Below, one piece after another: positions 49,301-58,700 of a DNA stretch of 61,577 nt. Source of the stretch: a virus (Duplodnaviria > Caudoviricetes). The stretch covers positions 1-61,577 of IMG/VR virus record IMGVR_UViG_3300016471_000824; one strand, written 5' to 3'. How positions within the stretch are numbered: the first letter of the stretch is position 1; every line of letters starts with the position of its first letter. A model generated the notes under the pieces. It was not told the origin of the DNA. It saw only the letters and a program-made list of their open reading frames with translations, and made no database searches. Position numbers and translations under genes: made by a program.

Positions 49301-51367
49301 AATTATTTTCCAAGAAATTGAACCACTTCTACTTGAATTTTGGTAAGTATATATTGGTTCAGGTCTACCGATAAATGTAGTCCCTTGAAATGATACTTTA
49401 GCATCATCACTGAAATCTAAGTCATATGGTGGAAACCACATTATTCTGCCACCATTTGGACCTCTTTCACAAGCAGGTAAATCATCATATGTGAAACCTG
49501 GTTTACTTGATGTTCTCCAAGCAAGGTTTTCTATTGAGAACATATATTTCTTGGCAATAATTTGTCCTTTTGCGTTCGGCTGTAAATTAGTTGAACCAGG
49601 ATTTTTAAGTGGAGCTATATTGAGATTGAAAGTATTATCTAATACAGAGTAATCAAATCTTCTACCTGACTTGGTTATACCATCCGTTTTTTGTAAATCA
49701 GCATAGGTATAGTATGGAGTGTCTTTAGCAAACACTCTACAATACTCTATTCCCGCTTCGGCACCAGTTGTGTTGTCCCTATAAGACAAAACTTTAGAAC
49801 CTTTAGTCAATTCTTTATAACCATCGTTGAAAACTTTACTAACTTGGTTAATAGCGTTCCCCACATGTTTTAATTTAGAAATACCATTCACCAAATCGGC
49901 TGAATTTACTAAACGTTGTGTTGCATCTAAAATGGAACTTTCTTTAAATTGTAAATTCGTGGATTCATTACTAGTATATTGTGAACTTATTAAATTATAT
50001 TCTTCATCTTGTGAACCTTTTCCGCCACCTGGAGTTGGTTTAAATCCTGCATCACCTTTATATTTAGGTGAAACCCAAACAAATTGGCCATCCAAACCAC
50101 CACCATCTGATGATGATTTTCCAGCTAAACCAAAATTTAATCTTCCAATATTACCCTCATATAAACTTCCTAACTCACTAGGTCCGTAAACAGGTGTTTG
50201 AACTTGTCTACCAAATGGGTCTGTTGGTATTTGTAATGGTGGAGATGTAATTGTTGATGGTTCTGAATTTCTACTTCCAACATAATAACCACCATTCAAT
50301 GTTCCATTTTGATCAATCGTACTTTGAGTTTGAGCAAATTGTGAAGTTCTTGTGTATTGAGCCCTATATCTGTTGTAATCTATATTGGCAAACAATGCCG
50401 ATTGTTGTCCAGTACCAGTGTTATCAATGAAATTTTGTGAGGGGTTTGTTGTTATATTTAAAGTTAGTGGTAAACCTCCACCACCAGTTGTTAAATTTGG
50501 GACATTTAAAGCCAAGGATACTTGTGTTGACGAACCTGCATTAAATAAAATAGGGTCAAAATAATCACCTGGTATTGGTGATACTGGAAAATAAGCACCT
50601 CCCAAACTTTGAATAAATGGTGATTCAGTTGTTGGTGTTGTTGGTACAGTTATTGTCCAATTTTTAGACCTCAATGGTTCTTTACCTGCAATAACCAAAG
50701 ATATATCAAATGGGTCACTTGTTGTGTCTAAAGTCAAAGCCCCTTGGGTGTTTCTCCTTGTATCAGCGTCAACTCTGTCTTGAAAAAGTCGTTTTAAGGT
50801 TTGTGCCCCAAGTTTTGCCAAATATGAATCTTGTGATAACAACCCACTATCACCAGTTGGATCAGGTGATATTAAAATTTGATATGGACTATATGATGAT
50901 GGAACAAAAGTGGGTGGATTCCAATATGGTGTATATAATTTGTTGTTATTTTGTATATTATCAACTATAACCATATCACTGAAACCTCCTATAGGTCCAT
51001 ATCTGTTTTCAATGTAAGCAGCATCAATGAAAAACTCATTGACTAAATCTAATACAGTATCATTGGGGTTGTATTCCCCTTGATTAGAATTATTAATTAT
51101 AGGTGGATTATTATAAGTTATGTTGTAGCTATAACCCCCTTCAGGACCATATTCATTTAGTGGATATAGTTGTCTAACAAAAGGATTTTGTGATATTAAA
51201 TCATCAGGTGAGTTTATAACATTGTAATCACTCAAACTCGTTTCATATGTTCTTGTACCAACTGGAGCTGTGTAAACACCAGTAACCGCATATGGTGTTA
51301 AGTTCCTATTCAGTAAACTATTTCTAAAACTCGATGTTGATGCAAACGATAATGAACTTTCAGACAT
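46310..51367 (-). CDS. Large baseplate/tube-initiator-like protein with internal OmpA-like domain
   Basis: FPPYDLDFSD...FIGRPEPIYTYQNSSRSGSISW and FGAPPILILRIGD (tube-initiator-like) flank EGAASATASDNYNEKLSQRRIDSV...ACRRV (OmpA_C-like). Confidence 0.65.
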   Translation of the reverse strand: MSESSLSFASTSSFRNSLLNRNLTPYAVTGVYTAPVGTRTYETSLSDYNVINSPDDLISQNPFVRQLYPLNEYGPEGGYSYNITYNNPPIINNSNQGEYNPNDTVLDLVNEFFIDAAYIENRYGPIGGFSDMVIVDNIQNNNKLYTPYWNPPTFVPSSYSPYQILISPDPTGDSGLLSQDSYLAKLGAQTLKRLFQDRVDADTRRNTQGALTLDTTSDPFDISLVIAGKEPLRSKNWTITVPTTPTTESPFIQSLGGAYFPVSPIPGDYFDPILFNAGSSTQVSLALNVPNLTTGGGGLPLTLNITTNPSQNFIDNTGTGQQSALFANIDYNRYRAQYTRTSQFAQTQSTIDQNGTLNGGYYVGSRNSEPSTITSPPLQIPTDPFGRQVQTPVYGPSELGSLYEGNIGRLNFGLAGKSSSDGGGLDGQFVWVSPKYKGDAGFKPTPGGGKGSQDEEYNLISSQYTSNESTNLQFKESSILDATQRLVNSADLVNGISKLKHVGNAINQVSKVFNDGYKELTKGSKVLSYRDNTTGAEAGIEYCRVFAKDTPYYTYADLQKTDGITKSGRRFDYSVLDNTFNLNIAPLKNPGSTNLQPNAKGQIIAKKYMFSIENLAWRTSSKPGFTYDDLPACERGPNGGRIMWFPPYDLDFSDDAKVSFQGTTFIGRPEPIYTYQNSSRSGSISWKIIVDHPSVMNTIVQKQLKGQSKEKIDSIIDSFFAGCVKFDIYELAKKFNTIPLSELYTYQEVINNPRLTKEELGQIINEISKQNVPLGGESGGNLEANSTTKKTTPDPAKKAFVDTYLGVGFYFDNDIPSSGDIPYNNTYDDYISKKEVYKTNADSAFASGGTFCKQNVEFCNRAKNVNEFFDSVIKTNYEKVSSSQKNFITDAFDLLNNKKGTITIEMEGAASATASDNYNEKLSQRRIDSVENFLKTFKIGDANLQKFIDDKKLIIKEIASGEKAKSVVPKSADGTPGFEVNCTEDVKSTNGNITSQSQIYSVNAMACRRVIIKSIVVDVPDIETTEQANPEQQKEVKTQQIDVVSSRPVERVQPTIDIVKKLKEGIGKKILRNLFSECDYFEVLKEENPMIYTSIVEKIKYFNPLFHSMTPEGLNARLTFLNQCTRPGETIPTIGVDGKPRYNDAQNTSFGAPPILILRIGDFFNTKIVPGDINFTYEKDGQFDLNPEGIGLQPMIVSVKLSFDIIGGMGLKGPVEQLQNALSFNYYANTEIYDERATPTDESYKIVDQEIISSLTAGQETAKPQNSTPPQTNPGGSTIGEILTNIPVPNGQNGEISYGKIMDKMVDETIAYFNNTLNTLEKITLNYNYGILQLVNQKRLYTTGLIKGTTHANQDTPIWGAPSKVGESLSLLFKNVIEDIGNIDEVSANIIIEELIYKNFKEDSDAIKGVKQNMKEYIKTLQSEFESGITTTTQDFIKFQQDYVYLIRQLNLIGENTDGKLLNGNKPRVYNLTGTSEVSKSSLESSPTPTNTTQELSYDYEKVYEALLDYNDYLSKNPNQTNPKYQVIFTSDDIESITLVNESSFENISEVFFFMVISRILANKNKKDAFIDSIIKGNLLQIKTPLNLKNQFTQIVNKLSNKYEKELASEEKIFKELRKDPFLKNYLSSPDKILYPKGKTRKFTYSTIPNQNTNTTQETNIKNVYSTVNTNLDTKTFDGKVSFNS

Positions 51368-51405
51368 AATTTTATTTTCAAATAAATAGATGAATTTATT
51401 TTTTA

Positions 51406-53208
51406 TTATCTTGAAAAATTCATATTTTGTTGTGATGGAGTTTGTTTTCCTGTAGGGTCTTTTGCCATTTGTGCAATCATTTGTATAAATTCTGGTTTTT
51501 TCAACAATTCATTCATTACCCTTTCAATATCTTCTGTTTTTACACCTGGTGGTGCAGAAAAATTAACATTTAAATTACCAGTATAATTCAAATTTTGAGT
51601 TGTTGGTTCTTGAACTTTTTTCTGAAGTTTATCTAGATAACTTGTTTCAGTAGTTTCTTTGGTTTTAGCTATTTCAGTTGATGTTTCACCTTCTTGACCT
51701 GTCATAATCTTTGGAAGGTTTGACTTACCATACACTTCAGTAGCATTTTTTCCTATTTGTTTGAACCCTTCATATAATTCATTTAAAATACTCATTCCAG
51801 CTTCTCCCGCTTTACCAAAATCACCTTTAAATAGATTTTTAATTACTTCATCTGATTGTTTTCCAATTCCTTGTCTAATCCCTTTTTCAGAAAAAACTGC
51901 AGCTTTTTCTACACCACCTTCAGTAGTGGTTCTTTTTGCAACTTCCATAAGATTTTTATTAAGTTCTATTTGTGCTCTACCCAATCTATCCATACCAACA
52001 GAACTTGCTAAACCATAACCAACTCTGTCCTCTATCGAAGCTAATAATATATTACCTGTTTCAGCAACCGTAAGTTGTTCTTTAGCCAATTCTTCCATCG
52101 TTTTCGGTTCTTGGTCTTTCATAAATCGGTTTAAAGCATCTTTGTCCTTTGCAAAAGTTTCCATTGCTTTATCTATACCCATCTGTTCACCATCAATTGT
52201 AAGTGTCATTTCACCACCAGGTCCTATTTCCGCTAAATTAGCTATAAAATTCTTTTGGTCTTCTGAAAAAGTCGCAGGAAATTTTATTTTAGAAAGTTTC
52301 AAATCGAGTTCTTTAGAACCAACAGCCATTCTTGCAATTTCCTCGTAAGTCATACCTGCAGATTTAGCAATTTCCATTAATTGTCTTCTTGCACCAGGCA
52401 TAATTTCAAAACGTCCATCTTTATTTAATTGGACAAATTTTTCAGACATTTTTCCCATTTGATTCATTAACTCACCTGGGTCATTTTGTGCCATATCCAT
52501 TAAACGTAATGGGTCTAACAATTCTGATTGGGTAACACCTAATCTCTGCATTGCTGCTGCCATCTCGATTGCATTTTCAGGATCAAATAGCTCGTCCGCT
52601 TTTTGCATAATTTTATCAAGATTTGCACCTATTGCTTTTGATTGCGCAACCATTTTTGCTAAACCTTCAATACCACCTTTAAAGTTATACTTGTTCAGTG
52701 CTCCCAAATTGTCGACTACATCTTGAGACACAGCTTGAGCATTAACCCCCATAGATCGAGATACATCCATAACTTTTTGCATCTGATTTTGAACACCCAT
52801 ATAAGAAACGCCAACATCTTTGAAAGCTTTAGCTGATGCAATTGCATCGACTCCGGTTACTTTCGAGGTTGCAAGTAAATCTTTGTATGATTGGGAATTT
52901 AATATAACATTTCTCCCCAAATTTTCAGCAATACCTTGTTGTATTTTTGCGATGTCGTCAAATCCATATCCTAATTCTTTAACATCTCCAACAACATCGG
53001 TCATTGCTGCTTTTATGTTAATAATATTAGTTCTACCAACACCAAATGATTTAGCTACATCAAAAGCCGATGTCTCTACATCATCAAAAATTTTTTTAAT
53101 TCGTTTTGGATCTATGTTTGTGTATAATTTATTACCAAATTCTACAGCAATTCCTTCTAATTCTTTTTCTAAACCACCGAGGAGAGATTTTTTTTCTTCA
53201 TCACCCAT
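51406..53208 (-). CDS. Tape measure-like protein
   Basis: Helical A/G/M/K/E-rich 600-aa protein directly after the tail chaperone. Confidence 0.7.
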   Translation of the reverse strand: MGDEEKKSLLGGLEKELEGIAVEFGNKLYTNIDPKRIKKIFDDVETSAFDVAKSFGVGRTNIINIKAAMTDVVGDVKELGYGFDDIAKIQQGIAENLGRNVILNSQSYKDLLATSKVTGVDAIASAKAFKDVGVSYMGVQNQMQKVMDVSRSMGVNAQAVSQDVVDNLGALNKYNFKGGIEGLAKMVAQSKAIGANLDKIMQKADELFDPENAIEMAAAMQRLGVTQSELLDPLRLMDMAQNDPGELMNQMGKMSEKFVQLNKDGRFEIMPGARRQLMEIAKSAGMTYEEIARMAVGSKELDLKLSKIKFPATFSEDQKNFIANLAEIGPGGEMTLTIDGEQMGIDKAMETFAKDKDALNRFMKDQEPKTMEELAKEQLTVAETGNILLASIEDRVGYGLASSVGMDRLGRAQIELNKNLMEVAKRTTTEGGVEKAAVFSEKGIRQGIGKQSDEVIKNLFKGDFGKAGEAGMSILNELYEGFKQIGKNATEVYGKSNLPKIMTGQEGETSTEIAKTKETTETSYLDKLQKKVQEPTTQNLNYTGNLNVNFSAPPGVKTEDIERVMNELLKKPEFIQMIAQMAKDPTGKQTPSQQNMNFSR

Positions 53209-53245
53209 AATTGTTTTGTTTTATAAATAAATACCACACACCCTT

Positions 53246-53401
53246 TTATTTATCAGATGTGTGGTATTCAATAATTTTATTAATCAAGTATTTTCTTGAA
53301 AAAGTTGGAATGTTTAGGAAATCATTATATGAAGTGTGTAAATATTTTCCCATTAAAAAATATTCATCCAATAATATTTCCCTATATTTAAAAGAAAGGC
53401 C
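53246..53401 (-). CDS. Unannotated 51-aa +1-frame extension of the tail assembly chaperone
   Basis: GLSFKYREILLDEYFLMGKYLHTSYNDFLNIPTFSRKYLINKIIEYHTSDK*; begins immediately after TTT TTT C and fills the gap before the tape measure gene. Confidence 0.7.
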   Translation of the reverse strand, partial: GLSFKYREILLDEYFLMGKYLHTSYNDFLNIPTFSRKYLINKIIEYHTSDK

Positions 53402-54146
53402 GAAAAAATTCAACACCAAAAGTGACCTCCAATTTCACTTCTGCACCTGATGGTGCTTTTACAACTCTTTTCAAATCTAATGATGGTTCATTTTCTTTTA
53501 TAAATTTTTTAATAAATTTGGAATCCATAATTGGAAGATTATTAATCATTTGAGATATTTTTTCTTTGTCACTTTCTCCATTAATTTCTACAATTTGTTT
53601 CATCAACCTCCATGTTATCCTTGGTGCAGTTAAATTAGATGGATAATTTTCAACCATTTTGTCTAATTCTAAAATCTCACCATAAGTCAATGGTTTTAAC
53701 TTAACATTAACTTCACTTCTAGGTAATTTAATATTAAAGTGTCCGTTTTCATCAGGTAAAACATTTGGTTTAATAATATTCAATTCATCTAATATTATCG
53801 TTACCTCAAATGGTTTATTAGTTACGGGATCGTTAAGAGTCAATATGTATTCAGGTCCGAATGAAGTATTCCTCAAATAAATTAAGATAGCCTCGATGTC
53901 ACCTTCTAATAACTCTTCAGGTTTAATGTCAACTTCATACAATTTTGCCCTTATTAAAGTAGTAACAACATTAACATTTGGATTTGATACACCACCTATG
54001 ATGATGTTTTCATCATTTGCTGTTAAATAACCTACTTTAACAGATTTCTTTTTGTTTTTATAAAAAATACCACCCGATGGTAAAGGTACAACATCGTGTG
54101 GCAAATTAAAATTTTCTGTGCCAGCTTTTATTAAATTAGAATCCAT
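53388..54146 (-). CDS. Tail assembly chaperone / T4 gp26-like hub assembly protein
   Basis: VPLPSGGIFY, YLTANDENII, GDIEAILIYLRNTSFGPEY, C-terminal EFFRP; lies between tube and tape measure. Confidence 0.75.
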   Translation of the reverse strand: MDSNLIKAGTENFNLPHDVVPLPSGGIFYKNKKKSVKVGYLTANDENIIIGGVSNPNVNVVTTLIRAKLYEVDIKPEELLEGDIEAILIYLRNTSFGPEYILTLNDPVTNKPFEVTIILDELNIIKPNVLPDENGHFNIKLPRSEVNVKLKPLTYGEILELDKMVENYPSNLTAPRITWRLMKQIVEINGESDKEKISQMINNLPIMDSKFIKKFIKENEPSLDLKRVVKAPSGAEVKLEVTFGVEFFRPFF

Positions 54147-54196
54147 AGTTTTTTATTGTAAAAATAATTGTACAATAAAAAAAATAAACATTTGAT

Positions 54197-54685
54197 TTAA
54201 TAAACTAGAATACAACGGTCAGGTCTAAGAGTTGCTTGTATAGTTGCTAATTTGTCATCACTATAACCTAAACCTTGAAAGTCAACATCAGTTAAGAAAC
54301 AACCTTCTAAAATCCATTTTTCAACAACAACTCCAGTAGGGTCTAACATTTCTAAGTCAACATTTTTTTTGTAACCTGCGGCATAACCCATACGACCAGT
54401 TACTGATTCAGCGTGTAAACGAACCCACTCCATAAGTGCTTGAGCGGCAGAAGGACCGATAGGGTCTCTAAAAGTTACACTTATTGTTCCCCATTTGAAT
54501 GAACCCGCAACATAAGTTTCAGTATTTAAAAATGGAATTGGAACTGAATTTATTTCAATTTTTGGTCTTGATGTTGATTCAACAAACCATTCATTTATAC
54601 CCAAAGAAGAAGGAAATCTCATAATAAACCTATTGGATCTTTTAGGTTCATAAGGTATGGGCATTTTCATCAGTAAATCAGCCAT
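54197..54685 (-). CDS. Tail tube protein (T4 gp19-like)
   Basis: YEPKRSNRF, WGTISVTFRDPI, LMEW, YKKNVDLEMLDPTGVVVEKWILEG. Confidence 0.85.
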   Translation of the reverse strand: MADLLMKMPIPYEPKRSNRFIMRFPSSLGINEWFVESTSRPKIEINSVPIPFLNTETYVAGSFKWGTISVTFRDPIGPSAAQALMEWVRLHAESVTGRMGYAAGYKKNVDLEMLDPTGVVVEKWILEGCFLTDVDFQGLGYSDDKLATIQATLRPDRCILVY

Positions 54686-54791
54686 TGTATTATTTTTTTA
54701 ATCTTTTTATTTTAATTATAAATATCTTATTATTATTTTTCTATTTACTTTATTAAATAAAATAATTATTCTTATCTAGAACTAGTTATAA

Positions 54792-55670
54792 TTATAATAT
54801 TTTATTAATAATTTTTTTAATTATGTATTCTAATTGTAAATCATCTTCAGGATTATAAATTCTTTTTTTCCCACCTTGTGTTGTAAATATTTTTATCCCT
54901 TTAGTTCCTTTACTCATTGCTCTCACATTTCTTGGATCATCATCTGAAAATCCAATAATAGGTATAAATTTATTTGAAATTTTATTTATAATTTTTTTCG
55001 ATAACCTTAAATTTAATTTTTCTGCTTGTGACTCAACATAGTTTTTAAATTTATTCATAGCCTGAATTTTCGAAACTTCAGGATTTGTTGCGGAACCCTC
55101 ACCAAATGAAACGGGATAAAATCTACATAATCTTAGATATCTATCGATTTCTTCTTCTTTTCCTTTTACTTTTTCACCAGCATTCTCTCTCATCCTTACC
55201 AAAGAATTATATAATTTGTCTGAGTCAATACCACCTCTATTTGACTCAATTAATTTTTTAACACCTTTCATTAGTGTTAAAGGATTGTGTCCTCTTGCGG
55301 TTATTATTGCAAATAATGAACCATTATTTATTGCTTCAACAAAATCAGGCCATGAAGCACTTTCAGCTAACTCTGCTGACATAACATCTTTCAAAAATTT
55401 TGAATCCCCTCCCACTTGAAAATCTCTGAAAGGGTTTTTGGCAAAGTCAACTATAGTGAAACCATTATATTCAAATGGTTTTTTTCCAATTTCTGTTCGG
55501 TATTCTGCAAAATCCTCAGTACCCATTCCTACTTCATCACCATCATCATCTAATAGATATAATTTGGTGGGCATAAACATAAGATTATCATCCCAATCAA
55601 AAGCATAATATTTCATGGGAATTTCCCTTTCCTCAAATTCTCTTAATAATTTAATAATTCTATTTCTCAT
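54792..55670 (-). CDS. HAD-superfamily-like protein
   Basis: AFDWDDNL (DxD), IITARGH, GFSDDD; own TATTTAT at 55675-55681. Confidence 0.6.
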   Translation of the reverse strand: MRNRIIKLLREFEEREIPMKYYAFDWDDNLMFMPTKLYLLDDDGDEVGMGTEDFAEYRTEIGKKPFEYNGFTIVDFAKNPFRDFQVGGDSKFLKDVMSAELAESASWPDFVEAINNGSLFAIITARGHNPLTLMKGVKKLIESNRGGIDSDKLYNSLVRMRENAGEKVKGKEEEIDRYLRLCRFYPVSFGEGSATNPEVSKIQAMNKFKNYVESQAEKLNLRLSKKIINKISNKFIPIIGFSDDDPRNVRAMSKGTKGIKIFTTQGGKKRIYNPEDDLQLEYIIKKIINKIL

Positions 55671-55690
55671 AGTAATAAATATCTATTTAT

Positions 55691-55718
55691 AAAAAAAGGG
55701 GAAGAATTTATCTTCCCC
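55691..55718 (-). terminator. Rho-independent terminator after the sheath gene
   Basis: GGGGAAGA-N5-TCTTCCCC followed by T7 on the minus strand. Confidence 0.8.
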
Positions 55719-55737
55719 CATTTATTAATAAAAAATT

Positions 55738-58700
55738 TTAAATGTTTTCAAACGAAGCTCCTGTTGGAGTGATGTAGAATGTAATATCTATAAATTCAAG
55801 GGAGCGAGTTGGTTTAATATAAATTTTACCAGTTAATTGATTTCTATCCAAATCAGCAGGATCCGATGAAACCGTAACACGGAAATCATACAAACCTCTA
55901 TCTCTTCTTATGGCATCTAAAATTGGATTAACCGCATCTAAGAAATCTTGTCTAACTTTTTCATCATTTTGTTCGAACAATAATCTTACTGATACTGCTG
56001 AGATTAATTTTCTTGCTTGTAATAATAAACGTCTTACATTAATTCTATCCAAAGCAGATTCTCTAATTTGTAAAGTTTTATTACCGAAAATTACTGTCCC
56101 AACATCTGAGAATGTTGCAATTGGATTTAATCTACCCTTATAAAGTGTATCTCTTTCCTCTTGAGTAAGTTTTCTTCTGGCCTTAATAGCGTTTACAATA
56201 CCTCTAGTATAACCTGCAGCCGCAAACCAAGGGAAGGCTATATTATCTGTCAAAGCTAAATTTCTACATACCTCAGCTGTTGGTGGAATATAAATTTGTG
56301 TATTGTTCACGGTATCTCTAGTCAACACCCAAGGATAGTAAGTAGCTGTGTAGTTTGAATCAATTCCAGTTGTTTCTAAATTATCGACAGCTTCTTGTGG
56401 ATAAATAATATCAGTTTGTTCACCTGTTGTTGGTACTAACATATTGTAGTCTGGAGTTGTGGTGATATAGATAGAATCGGCTCTATCAAACTCTACCATT
56501 TCTATTGCAGCTTCAACAAGATTACTATTATTTACATAATCAATACCAGGTGTAGTAAATACATTAATATTAACTGCTTCAGGATTTGCAAATGTTTGTT
56601 GTCCCAACAAATAAGCATAATAATCAGTATTTGCATAATCTTGTGTTGTATTACCAACTGTTATAGTTTTAAATGCACCCCATCCAGTTGCAGTTGGATA
56701 TCTGAAAGAAGGACATGCTCCTTTTAAATAACCACTTCTACCTAACACAAATTGGTCACCATTAGTTCTTCTTTCTCTATAAATGTCCCAACCATCAAAA
56801 CCACCAGAACATAATAAACTAAATTTACGAGCAAATATTCTGTAATATGGATTTGTTTCATCATCAGGGTCTGAAGTAAATGTTCCACTACCAACGAAAA
56901 ATTCTGCAGTACCACTAGTTGTAAATGAATTAGCAATTGTAATACCTGACGCATTGATGTCCATATGGAAACCTTTTGTTCTATAAGACCAATCAGCACC
57001 AGTTGTTGCGTCACAAATACTTGAACCAGGTAAACGTTTCCCTTTGTAAGTAAAGAAGTCAACATCATAACCAACCGTGTCAGAAATACCTAAATATGTT
57101 CTTCTTACATTATCACCTGCACTTCTTAAAGCGTCATCAGCTCCTGAACTCAATCCAAAAGGTGGATTGAAAACTACCTCACCCGGGAAATCATATTTTG
57201 TTTTGTAAATTGGGAATGGAGATTTTACACCAGCATATTCTCTTGTATTGTAACCTAAGAAACCACAAGGTAAAGCATCTATTGGTGCATCTTCATTCAT
57301 TTCTAACATTACAAATTTCGAATTTAAAGCGTATTCACCATCTTTCGTACCAATTTTTTTAGCAATAAAGTTATTCTCGTTAGGATTCATAGAACAATTT
57401 GTGAATTTCTCTAAAACTACTGGATTGGAGTCAGTATCAAAAAAATCTCTGATTAAGACATCAAAAGTTCCATTATTGAAGGACATATTAGCCATAGATA
57501 TTTTAACTTCAACATTTGCCGCATCACCATCAGCTATTGTTGTAAATCTGAAAAGATTGAATACTTTATTACCTCTAAGTTCAGATACAACCCATGGAGA
57601 AACTGGTGATTGATATCTTTCCAAGTAAAATGCTATCGATGTAATATCTGATTCTTGTCTTGCATTTGGTAATGCAGTTAGATTACAATTCAAACCTCTA
57701 ATATATCCTTTTCTATAAGCATAATTTAATAATGATTGGAATCTTTCCTCAACAAATAAAGGTGTAGTAGACCTAGGTTTTGCAAAGTTAGAAGAACCGA
57801 AAACTTTTGCTAAATATTTAGGATCTGAATTAGTAAATGAAGTTTCAAAAGTAAAGTTTTCTCCATCTTTATTTGTCACATTCAATGCAAATGTTGCGTA
57901 AGGGTTTCTAGTTACAGCTGAATATATACCAGTACAATTCATAGTTACATCAGTTGTTCCACTCACTTCATACACCGGACCATCATCAGTTCCATATGTG
58001 GCAATACCTCTTGAACGTAAAGTTGCAATCACTAAGTCATCATAATCTGTATAAGACAATCCACTATAAATGTATATATTACCGGTAATACTACCACTAT
58101 AACAATTCGTTATCGTTCCAAGTTGTATTGAACCAGTATTACCTGTGGCACAAACACCACAAGGATCTGTAAGTAATAGGTTGACTGTCCAAGCAGAAGT
58201 TGCTGTTCCATCATCAGAAACAATTGTGTATGTTCTAGTTAAAGAACTAAAGTTGTATCCTAATGTTGTCGCTGATTGTATTACACCACCACTAGTGACC
58301 GCACTTAAACTTGTTGGACAAGCACTATAAGTAATCGTTAATGCAGTTGTATTTGCCGTAGTTGCCGTTGATGGTAAACAAACATTAATTACATTTGTAT
58401 TGTAATTTATTGACCCCGCTATCGAACCAAGTGTTGTTGAACTAATCGAATAACTAAAAAAAGAAGCACAATTGGATAGTGATGAAGTCAAAGTCAAACT
58501 ATTTACATAATCATAAAAAGAATAACCTGAATATTGTCCGTTACCAATATTGTCAAATGTTGCATAATACCAAGTATCATTTACAGCTGCTGTATAATCC
58601 GCTAAATTAGAATTAATATTATCAACACCAAACACATTATTTTGTGAAGTGAATGCAGATAGTTGATTTGTTATCGTATCTCCTGAAACTATACCAAAAT

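Noticed and set aside
53230-53268. Inverted repeat AATACCACACA...TGTGTGGTATT as a terminator
   Set aside because: Long loop, overlaps the stop of the frameshift extension and the TATTTAT motif, and has no clean U-tract; function cannot be assigned.
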